Positions 9,781 through 18,234 of a stretch of DNA of 33,878 nucleotides are shown in pieces. Each line of letters opens with the position of its first letter. The first letter of the stretch is position 1. This stretch comes from a virus (taxonomy: Duplodnaviria > Caudoviricetes): positions 1 through 33,878 of IMG/VR virus record IMGVR_UViG_3300047669_001138. One strand, 5' to 3'. Both the position numbers and the translations under genes were made by a program. The notes beneath the pieces are model-generated. The model was not told the DNA's origin. It searched no databases and was given only the letters and a program-made list of their open reading frames with translations.

Positions 9781-10545
9781 ATGTCAAAACAAAAAATAAC
9801 TCAACCAGAAGGTTGGGAAATCAAAGATAGAAACTATTATTTAACGGGAAGTGCTTCTCCGATAACTTTTACAATACCAAGCAAGCATACAAGAAAACAT
9901 CCATTATTGTGGTTTGATGAAAACACGGGAACTCAAAGAGAGTTAAGGTATGCAACTAATCAATCCTCAGTATTTGTAGACGAACAAAAAGGTGAATCAA
10001 CGATGGGTCACATAATGTTTACAGACGGAGTTTTAGCTGTAAAAAAAGAACAACAAGCTTTACAAAAGCTTTTATCTATTTATCATCCATTAAAAATACA
10101 TAGGTTTAAAGAACTAGAACCTCAAAAAATTGCTATTACAGAATTGGATGAATTAGAATACGAAATAAATGCAATGAATGCAGCTAGAGATATGGATATT
10201 GATCACGCTGAAGCTGTTTTAAGAGTAGAAGTTGGGTCAGGTGTAAGTAAATTAAGCTCTAAAGAAATTAAAAGAGATTTACTTTTATTTGCTAAAAAGA
10301 ATCCAACTCTATTTGTAGAACTTGCAAGTGATGAAAATGTTACATTAAGGAATTTTGGTATAAAAGCGACTGAAGCTAATATTATAGCTTTGTCACAAGA
10401 TCAAAGATCTATCACTTGGGTCACTAATGGTAAAAAATTAATGACTGTTCCATTTGATGAAAATCCTTATTCAGCATTTGCTGCTTTTTTGAAGACAGAC
10501 GAAGGTGTAGAAATATACAAGTCTATTCAGAAAAAACTTAAATAA
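9781..10545 (+). CDS. Conserved virion-associated hypothetical protein
   Basis: 254-aa ORF between the capsid and tail ring genes, with a QRELRYATNQ segment. No catalytic motif recognised. Confidence 0.75.
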   Translation: MSKQKITQPEGWEIKDRNYYLTGSASPITFTIPSKHTRKHPLLWFDENTGTQRELRYATNQSSVFVDEQKGESTMGHIMFTDGVLAVKKEQQALQKLLSIYHPLKIHRFKELEPQKIAITELDELEYEINAMNAARDMDIDHAEAVLRVEVGSGVSKLSSKEIKRDLLLFAKKNPTLFVELASDENVTLRNFGIKATEANIIALSQDQRSITWVTNGKKLMTVPFDENPYSAFAAFLKTDEGVEIYKSIQKKLK

Positions 10546-10546
10546 C

Positions 10547-10558
10547 AGGTAATTATAA
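10547..10558 (+). promoter_or_regulatory. Candidate phage promoter motif copy 2 (AGGTAATTATAA)
   Basis: Intergenic match to ARGTAATWATAA upstream of the tail genes. Confidence 0.4.
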
Positions 10559-10561
10559 TAA

Positions 10562-10586
10562 CAGGTGGTCACTAGGTGGCTGCCTG
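10562..10586 (+). other. Intergenic RNA hairpin (CAGGTGGTCAC-TAG-GTGGCTGCCTG)
   Basis: 11-bp stem with three G:U pairs on the + transcript, extendable by TAATAA/TTATTA. No clean U-tract follows. Confidence 0.6.
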
Positions 10587-10609
10587 ATTATTAACATAAT
10601 AAAATCAAC

Positions 10610-11551
10610 ATGGCAATAAACGTAGATCAGGTTTACAAAACCGTCTTATTAATAATAAACAAGGAGCAAAGAGGTTACTTAACTCCTGATGAGTTTAATA
10701 AGCTAGCAACTCAAGTTCAATTAGAGGTGTTAGATGGTTATTTTGAAACAATAAACCAACAAATGCGTGTGCCTCAAAACGAAAGCGAATATGGCAATCG
10801 TTACAAAAGTGTACAAGAACAACTAGATGTTTTTAAAACAATAGGTACCTGTACATACAATCCCGCAACTGGAACTCTTCCAGCTTTTTTTGATGTACCA
10901 ACTTCTTCAGGTACAGCAAGCGGAACTCAAACATTTGCAACGTCACAAACAGAATCAGCTTATCCTTTAACAACGATAACACAAGCTCAAGTAGAACAAT
11001 CTTCAGTAGTAGTTACTCTTGACAACGTAGTGTATCCTGTAGCTAATTGGAATATAACTGGCGGAATATTTAACGCAGATGTTTTTACTGGCAATCCAAT
11101 TGGAGCCGGTCAAACAATAGACATAACCTTATATCCTAATGATTTTTATAAATTAGGAACAGTACTATATAGAGACGATAGAGAAGTTGAACAAATTCAA
11201 AGAAATCAATTAGCTCAATTAAACATGTCTCCTATAAGCAAACCTACAGATTACTTTCCTGTTTGTTTATATGAAAACAGAAATATAACTGTTTATCCAC
11301 AGACTATAAATAATAGTTTACAAGCAACGTATATAAGAAAGCCTTCGGATGTTGTATGGAACTTCACTTCTGATCTTGGGTATTACGTTTACAACCCAGT
11401 AACTTCAATAAACTTTGAATTAGATGTTGTAGAGCAAACTAATGTAATATTACAAATATTACTATATGCGGGTATAGTTATTAAAGATCCTCAAATAATT
11501 CAAGCTGCTTCACAAGAAATAGCTATGGAAGAACAAAACGAAAGAACGTAA
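10610..11551 (+). CDS. Tail ring / head-tail adaptor protein (P22 gp4-like position)
   Basis: N-terminal NKEQRGYLTPDEFN and C-terminal YIRKPSDVVW...FEL motifs resemble crAss-like ring proteins. Has a Thr-rich inserted beta domain. Confidence 0.7.
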   Translation: MAINVDQVYKTVLLIINKEQRGYLTPDEFNKLATQVQLEVLDGYFETINQQMRVPQNESEYGNRYKSVQEQLDVFKTIGTCTYNPATGTLPAFFDVPTSSGTASGTQTFATSQTESAYPLTTITQAQVEQSSVVVTLDNVVYPVANWNITGGIFNADVFTGNPIGAGQTIDITLYPNDFYKLGTVLYRDDREVEQIQRNQLAQLNMSPISKPTDYFPVCLYENRNITVYPQTINNSLQATYIRKPSDVVWNFTSDLGYYVYNPVTSINFELDVVEQTNVILQILLYAGIVIKDPQIIQAASQEIAMEEQNERT

Positions 11552-11557
11552 TAAATT

Positions 11558-12826
11558 ATGGCAATTCAACCTACAAACGACGGATTAGTAACTGAAACTG
11601 CACAGCAGTACTTTCAAGGCTCACAAGGTTTTAGAGGAGATGCTGGCAATACAGCTGGGCAATCTTTTGCTACAACCTTTGATACTGATCTTTATTTAGG
11701 TAGTACAACAAGTTGGTCACCTACTGATCCTGATTATGCTTTAAATAATTTTAAAATATATACAAGTGCCACAGCAACACCAGGTACGTGGGTGGAGTGG
11801 GTTACGGCTTTTACAGTTACAAATGACAAGATAATAACTCTTGCTGCAGTACCTGGTGCAAGTCAATTTATAGTTGTACAGTTAACTATATTAGATGGTG
11901 GTAAATATGGTGCTACAGAAGCTGAAAAAGCATATGGCCAAACTGTAGAAGATAATTATGGAAACTATAGGTATGTAAAACTTAACGATATAGTGAGTAA
12001 TTTTTTAGTAGGTTACGTAGGTCATAATAAACTTTTGCCTGACGCTAAAAGAACTGATATAATATTTCACGCTAAAAGAGCTTTACAAGAATTCAGTTAC
12101 GATACTTTAAAAAGTATTAAATCTGCAGAATTATCTATACCTTCAAGCTTAACTTTGGTACTTCCTCAAGATTTTGTAAACTACGTTAAGTGTTCTTGGG
12201 TGGATCCACTAGGGGTTTTACGTCCTTTATATCCAGCCAATAATCTAACAACTAGTCCTTACTACACACAAGCGCAAGACTCAGCGGGTATACCAGCTCA
12301 AGATAGTTTTGGAAATGATATAGAAACAGAGTCTGTAACTCAAAAAAGATGGCACACGGCTAATACTAATTTTATCAATGGTAATTTTAACACAGGTGAT
12401 TTTACAAATGACATGTGGGCTTACAATTGGGATATGCTTGGAACTGCTGGTGCAAGTTGGGGTCAACTTTACGGTATAGATCCTCAATATTCTCAAGCAA
12501 ATGGTTGGTTTAATTTAAATGAAAGAGAAGGAAAGATTTCATTTTCATCGAGTTTGGTTGATAGACTTATAATTTTAGAATATGTATCTGATGGATTAGC
12601 AGCGGACTTGGATACAAAAGTTCCTAAGCTAGCTGAAGAAGCAATGTATGCTTATATAATACATGCTTTGATTGCTACTAGGATCAATCAACCAGAATAC
12701 ATTGTACAAAGATTACGTAGAGAAAAAAGCGCTAAATTAAGAAATGCAAAAATAAGATTATCTAATATCAAACTGGATGAAATAGTCCAAGTAATGAGAG
12801 GTAAATCTAAATGGATAAAATCATAA
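11558..12826 (+). CDS. Second tail ring / structural protein
   Basis: 422 aa with FHAKRALQEFSYD, LPQDFVNYVK and ILEYVSDG...VPKLAEEAMYAYI segments resembling crAss-like ring proteins. Located before the muzzle gene. Confidence 0.68.
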   Translation: MAIQPTNDGLVTETAQQYFQGSQGFRGDAGNTAGQSFATTFDTDLYLGSTTSWSPTDPDYALNNFKIYTSATATPGTWVEWVTAFTVTNDKIITLAAVPGASQFIVVQLTILDGGKYGATEAEKAYGQTVEDNYGNYRYVKLNDIVSNFLVGYVGHNKLLPDAKRTDIIFHAKRALQEFSYDTLKSIKSAELSIPSSLTLVLPQDFVNYVKCSWVDPLGVLRPLYPANNLTTSPYYTQAQDSAGIPAQDSFGNDIETESVTQKRWHTANTNFINGNFNTGDFTNDMWAYNWDMLGTAGASWGQLYGIDPQYSQANGWFNLNEREGKISFSSSLVDRLIILEYVSDGLAADLDTKVPKLAEEAMYAYIIHALIATRINQPEYIVQRLRREKSAKLRNAKIRLSNIKLDEIVQVMRGKSKWIKS

Positions 12827-12829
12827 TAC

Positions 12830-15800
12830 ATGGCAGAATCTAAAAATAGTTTCATTCAATCCAAAATGAATAAGGATTTGGATGAAAGACTAATTCCAAA
12901 TAATGTATACAGAGACGCTTTAAATATAGCGGTGTCTAGATCTGAAGGAAGTGACGTGGGCGCCTTAGAAAGCGTCCTAGGTAACTCTGTGGTCTCTGCT
13001 GGTAGTGGTCATGTAAATCTTAAGATTATTGGTAAGCTTGTAGATGAAGTAAATTCTTTAATTTATTTTTTTAAAACTAACTACACAGGTTCAGCAGATG
13101 TTTTACCTGCAGATCCAACTGTTTATGAAATGAGTATAGAGGTATATAATACTTCTACTGGTCAAACCTCTGTTAAAGTACAGGGAAATTTTTTAAACTT
13201 CTCCACACTCAATCCTATATACGGGGTTAATCTAATAGAAAACTTATTATTCTGGACAGACAATAGAAATGCTCCAAGAAAAATCAATGTAGATAATCCT
13301 TTAACTTATTATATAAATGCAGATCAAATTTCTGTATGTAAATGGGCACCTTATTTAGCTCCTGATTTTATAGATTTAAGAAGTATTATAACTCCAGGAA
13401 CCGCTACACATCCTTCCACTATGTCTGACGCAGCGGATTTACCAGTAGTAAATATTGGATTACAAGAAATTAGTTCTTCAAACTTAGCGGTAACTCGATA
13501 CAGAAATGGGGATGAGATTCCTCATGCTCCAGCTCAAATTGATTGGAATGCTTATGACGCAAGCGCTACAGGATGTTGGGCTTACTATGACAATAGTTTA
13601 GGTAATGGTGTAAGTTATGGAATTTTATATAATAAACACGCGGTAGAAGATTCTAGAAATATAGCGCCTATAGGATATGAAGTAGCAACTGAAAACCAGT
13701 GGAGTACTATAGCTGGAATTACGCCTCCAATTCCTGGAACAGGTGCTGCATTAAAAGCTGAAGGATATGAATATTGGGAAAACACTTTAATATTGATGAC
13801 ACCCGGTTCAGGTTATACCCAGGGAACTAGAGCAACAACAGGTGGAACAGGTTTAGGCCTTACGGTAACAATAACAGAAAGTGGGGGTAGTATTACAGAT
13901 GGAGTTATTGCTAATCCTGGAACCGGTTATACACCTGGAGATATTATCTCAATTAGTTTACCAGGTACCGGTGGAACATTTCAATGGATAGGTGCAACTG
14001 AGGGTACAAACACAACTCAATTTAACGGTAGAGGGGCTGGTGAAAGAACAAATGCTGGTTTTATTGAATTAAAAGAATCCACAACCTTTTGGACTAAAGA
14101 TACTGATAATTTTATTAAATTAACTTTTGACTCTGTAGACGCTACTTTAGAGACAGCTCCAATTATAGAACCTAAATTAGCTGGAAGATCTATTCGTGTT
14201 ATTAGAGGACTTAATTATAATGGTTGGAATGGTGATCCTGAGTATTTAAAAGATAAATTTGTTAAATTTAGTTATAGATTTAAATTTAATGATAATGAAT
14301 ATTCCTTAGTGGCACCTTTTAGTCAAGATGTCTTTATCCCGCAACAGGAAGGCCACTTTGTAAATGATGATGAAAATGAAGCGTTTGTAACAACTGTTGT
14401 AGAATTTATGCAAAACTCTATAAACAACGCTGTATTAAATATAACCTTACCATCATTAGATATAATAAATGATTACAAGATAAAAGCAATAGACATTATA
14501 GTTAAACAATCTGATGCTCAAGCTTATTCAGTTGTTGAAACTATACCTGTTAACCCTGCTTTTATTACTGATTTAAATAATACTAATATTTATCGATATA
14601 CTTATCAGTCTCTTTTACCTGTTAAGACTTTAACCCTACAACAAACTACTAGAGTTTTTGATAAAGTTCCTATAAAAGCTTTATCTCAAGAATCTAGTGG
14701 TAATAGAATTATGTATGGTAATTTTACTCAAGGATTTGGAACTCCATTTGGTTTAAATTATTTTATAAATAACAATCAAAAAACATTACAAACTACAATA
14801 GAATATCCAAATCATTCTCTAAAACAAAATAGAAACTATCAAGTAGGTGTTATTTTAGCTGATAAGTATGGTAGACAAACCGATATTATTTTATCTAATT
14901 ATGATGATAAATTAGATGCTGATGGAAATCCAATTCCAGGTTCTAATATTTTTACAAATTATAAACCTTTGTCTTTTTCAGATGATGTAGCTGAGTGGCC
15001 TGGGGATAATATTCAATTAAACTTTAATGCTCCGGGTATTCCTGAAAACTCAACTTATAATTTAGCAAGTAGTGATTACCCAGGTGCTTATGCGGTTGGA
15101 AATTATTATACAGTTTTAGTTGCTCCAGCCCCTATAGCTGGGAAGTATTTTTGGGATTTAAGTAATGAATCTAAAACAGCTACCGCTGGTCAAACTGTTT
15201 TTCCTTTTATTGCATTAAGTTTTGCAGATACTCAAGTTTCGACTAATAATTACGAATTATATAAAAATGAAGGTGAAGGTTGGATTAAATTAAGTAAAGT
15301 TTTGCCTACAATAGATTATACTATTGCAAGTAATGCTGGGGTTCTTGAAGCTACATTAACAAGTGGTGCCACAGTAGGTGTAGTCTATAAATTTAGACTT
15401 CTTTACACCGAAGATCTTTTAAATAAATATCAAACTGGGCAAGAAACAGCTGGCGCCGATCCTTTAATAGTTGATTTTGAAAATGTATACCAAGATTTTT
15501 TCGGAGTTGGAAAAAGTCTAAGAGGTTTATATTGTGATTATACAACTATAAAAACATTAACACCTTTATCTACACCAGTAAGAGCGGTGATTATTTTTAC
15601 AACTCAAGAGGTTGCTACAAAATATTTATTTAATGATAGTACTAGTATTAGACCAGAGCCACTTTTAGCAGCTGATACTACTTTTGCAACTTATAATATA
15701 AACCCCAAAGGATTTTATAGTTATAGATTAGGTGTAAAACAACAACAGCAAGATTATTATAACGTTTATTTACCTGGAATAATAAATGGTTATCCTATAG

Positions 15801-18199
15801 ACGGGGATTTAGTTGAAAGAAATGAAATTGCTTTTACAACTTTAATATCGGATAATATAAATAAAATACCTAGAAATTTACAAGATGTAGGTCCTTTGCA
15901 AAATCAATTTACAAGTGACGAAAAAGCTTGGGCTAGAGTCACTAATATTAATCAAGTTGTACAAGGAGTTTATAAAACTTATAATAAACAATTTTTACCT
16001 TTATCAAGTCCAGATAGTGCAGATTTAGTTGGAACTATACAAGATATTTATCCTTCACTTGATACGACTTTTAGCGTACCGCCAGCTTCTCCAACAAGTG
16101 GTGAAATAAATTCTTTCAGTATTTATGATCCAGAAACACGACCTTATGTTGCTAAGTTTTCAACTCAACAAGGTGTTGGTTTAACTGAAGATAATTTCGT
16201 TATACCTAGTTCAGTTACTAACGAGCCTTATCCCGGAGGTATGTCACTAGCTGTTTATGAAACTGCGCCAGTAACTGTACCTTTTGAATTATTTTATGAG
16301 ACTTCAACAACGGGTTTAATATCAGATTTAAATGATTTAATACAAGGTGAAAACACTGCTATAAACGGTATGACAACACCTACGGTCGTTTTTGATGAAA
16401 ATGACGTGGTTGGAACTACAATAACTTCCGATATTTACCCAACTATAAACGGCACCGTATATACTGGTGCAACTGGTGTGTTAGTTTCTGTATTTGATTA
16501 CGCTCCAAACGGTACTGTTAATACAATTAACTTTGCTGATCCTAGTTTTCAAAGATTTGACGCAGGAACTAATACATCAAATACAAGTATTTTTATAAGA
16601 ACAAGTGGTGCTAATCCCAATTTTGGTGGAACTTTTTATGCGGGATCTTCAAGTGAAGGTATTTTAGACGTACAGTTTGGAGGTAAATTTTTATATACTA
16701 TTGAATGGAGTGATAATAATGTTTTAACCCAAACAAGTGGAGTCTTTGAATTAGCCAACAGCACCCCTGTAATTGTTAGTCCACCTATAATACCAAGTCT
16801 TACTATAGGGACTCAATGGATATTTGGTGGTCTTGGAACTATAGATGGTTCAGTTGGTGGAGGAACTTCTCCTTCAGGTAGAAATGGTAGTGCTAGAAAT
16901 ACTGATACTGGAGCTTACGGTAATCATGGTATATTTAATGTAGGAAGTGGAAGTGCTAATCTATGTTGGGATATGGTGGAACTGAGGATAACAGATACTA
17001 ATGGTGTTCTTACTACTTATACCCCTAATGCCACCCCTCCATTATTATCTATATCAGATTTTTTTATTATAGGTCAATCTGCGTTAACAGGTGTAACTGG
17101 TGATGTTGATAGAGAGTGTAGGTTTAATTTAGAAGTTAATCCAAGTAATCCATTAGCTGCTGGATATCAATATTGTATTGATTTTAGACTCACAGATACT
17201 ATAGGTGCTAGCGTAATATATCCACCACTTTGTTTTGGTCCACCGGCTAATTCATATACTTCAGTGGAATATACAACTTATACTTCAGGACCTGCATCAG
17301 CTCCTCCATCAACACAACCAACAACAATTTTAATAGGTGGTGGTATTATACCTAATCCATTTTGGACTGGTCAAATACAAAACTGGTCAGGAACCGTAGG
17401 AGTCGGTCAAATTGTATATATGTTTATGAGATTTAAAGTTGATGCTGCAACTCAACAACCTTTTATAGTTGAGGTAAAAGATGTATTTGAACCATCAACC
17501 GGAGACATGGGATTTTATCCTGATGGGACAGCTATACAAAATGGGACAGCAACTCCATCTTTTCCTATTCAAAGCGCAGCCGCTGAAGGTTGGGGGGTAA
17601 TTGGTATAAGTATGGGTGCTTTTGGAGCGCAGAGTAATGCTATAGCAAACGGCGTAAGACCGGGTCAGAAATCAGATGTAACCCCTGGAACTTATGGTCC
17701 TTATAATTATAACACCTCTTCTTTTGTTAATTTAAAATATTCAATAACTCAAGACCCTTTTATCCCTCCTAATACTGGAACCTGGGAAGCTGAGTTAATG
17801 TGGTCAACATTTAGTAATCCTAGTTCTTTGTCTCAACTTAACTCACTAAATGCAAGGATTGGATCAGTTCCTCCTTTTTATTCTAACACTACAAGTTTAT
17901 CATTAACAACGCCTGGTACTGGTTACGGAACTAGTGGTAATCCATATCTTGCAACTAGTGTATCAGGAATTGGTTCAGGTATGACAATTGACATTGGAGT
18001 TTCTACAGTTCCTCCTGTTACGGGAGAGGTTACATCTTTTGCGATTGTTAGTGAAGGATCAGGATACGTGGTTGGTGATGTTTTAAGTATAACTCAAACT
18101 CCTAATGGTGTTGGGGCAACATTTACAATTATTGCGGGTGGAACTGGAGGTTCTCAAATAGCTCCAACTTACACACCAATACCACACGGACCAAGTTAA
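12830..18199 (+). CDS. Tail stabilisation/muzzle protein (P22 gp10-like), N-terminal part, with inserted FISUMP and other domains
   Basis: Begins KMNKDLDERLIPNNVYRDALNI and has LLFWTDNRNAPRKIN, FSYRFKF, GNRIMYGNF and SLKQNRNYQVGVILADKYGR, typical of crAss-like stabilisation proteins. 1789 aa with a long Thr/Gly/Pro-rich C-terminal extension. Confidence 0.8.
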   Translation: MAESKNSFIQSKMNKDLDERLIPNNVYRDALNIAVSRSEGSDVGALESVLGNSVVSAGSGHVNLKIIGKLVDEVNSLIYFFKTNYTGSADVLPADPTVYEMSIEVYNTSTGQTSVKVQGNFLNFSTLNPIYGVNLIENLLFWTDNRNAPRKINVDNPLTYYINADQISVCKWAPYLAPDFIDLRSIITPGTATHPSTMSDAADLPVVNIGLQEISSSNLAVTRYRNGDEIPHAPAQIDWNAYDASATGCWAYYDNSLGNGVSYGILYNKHAVEDSRNIAPIGYEVATENQWSTIAGITPPIPGTGAALKAEGYEYWENTLILMTPGSGYTQGTRATTGGTGLGLTVTITESGGSITDGVIANPGTGYTPGDIISISLPGTGGTFQWIGATEGTNTTQFNGRGAGERTNAGFIELKESTTFWTKDTDNFIKLTFDSVDATLETAPIIEPKLAGRSIRVIRGLNYNGWNGDPEYLKDKFVKFSYRFKFNDNEYSLVAPFSQDVFIPQQEGHFVNDDENEAFVTTVVEFMQNSINNAVLNITLPSLDIINDYKIKAIDIIVKQSDAQAYSVVETIPVNPAFITDLNNTNIYRYTYQSLLPVKTLTLQQTTRVFDKVPIKALSQESSGNRIMYGNFTQGFGTPFGLNYFINNNQKTLQTTIEYPNHSLKQNRNYQVGVILADKYGRQTDIILSNYDDKLDADGNPIPGSNIFTNYKPLSFSDDVAEWPGDNIQLNFNAPGIPENSTYNLASSDYPGAYAVGNYYTVLVAPAPIAGKYFWDLSNESKTATAGQTVFPFIALSFADTQVSTNNYELYKNEGEGWIKLSKVLPTIDYTIASNAGVLEATLTSGATVGVVYKFRLLYTEDLLNKYQTGQETAGADPLIVDFENVYQDFFGVGKSLRGLYCDYTTIKTLTPLSTPVRAVIIFTTQEVATKYLFNDSTSIRPEPLLAADTTFATYNINPKGFYSYRLGVKQQQQDYYNVYLPGIINGYPIDGDLVERNEIAFTTLISDNINKIPRNLQDVGPLQNQFTSDEKAWARVTNINQVVQGVYKTYNKQFLPLSSPDSADLVGTIQDIYPSLDTTFSVPPASPTSGEINSFSIYDPETRPYVAKFSTQQGVGLTEDNFVIPSSVTNEPYPGGMSLAVYETAPVTVPFELFYETSTTGLISDLNDLIQGENTAINGMTTPTVVFDENDVVGTTITSDIYPTINGTVYTGATGVLVSVFDYAPNGTVNTINFADPSFQRFDAGTNTSNTSIFIRTSGANPNFGGTFYAGSSSEGILDVQFGGKFLYTIEWSDNNVLTQTSGVFELANSTPVIVSPPIIPSLTIGTQWIFGGLGTIDGSVGGGTSPSGRNGSARNTDTGAYGNHGIFNVGSGSANLCWDMVELRITDTNGVLTTYTPNATPPLLSISDFFIIGQSALTGVTGDVDRECRFNLEVNPSNPLAAGYQYCIDFRLTDTIGASVIYPPLCFGPPANSYTSVEYTTYTSGPASAPPSTQPTTILIGGGIIPNPFWTGQIQNWSGTVGVGQIVYMFMRFKVDAATQQPFIVEVKDVFEPSTGDMGFYPDGTAIQNGTATPSFPIQSAAAEGWGVIGISMGAFGAQSNAIANGVRPGQKSDVTPGTYGPYNYNTSSFVNLKYSITQDPFIPPNTGTWEAELMWSTFSNPSSLSQLNSLNARIGSVPPFYSNTTSLSLTTPGTGYGTSGNPYLATSVSGIGSGMTIDIGVSTVPPVTGEVTSFAIVSEGSGYVVGDVLSITQTPNGVGATFTIIAGGTGGSQIAPTYTPIPHGPS

Positions 18200-18213
18200 A
18201 AACAATAAAAAAC

Positions 18214-18225
18214 AAGTAATAATAA
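18214..18225 (+). promoter_or_regulatory. Candidate phage promoter motif copy 3 (AAGTAATAATAA)
   Basis: Intergenic and identical to copy 1. Ends 9 nt before ATG 18235. Confidence 0.4.
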
Positions 18226-18234
18226 TAATTAAGT

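Noticed and set aside
14040-14206. Diversity-generating retroelement variable region at the FISUMP C-terminus
   Set aside because: No reverse transcriptase and no near-identical template repeat are visible in this window, and the domain is internal and degenerate. A DGR elsewhere in the genome cannot be excluded.
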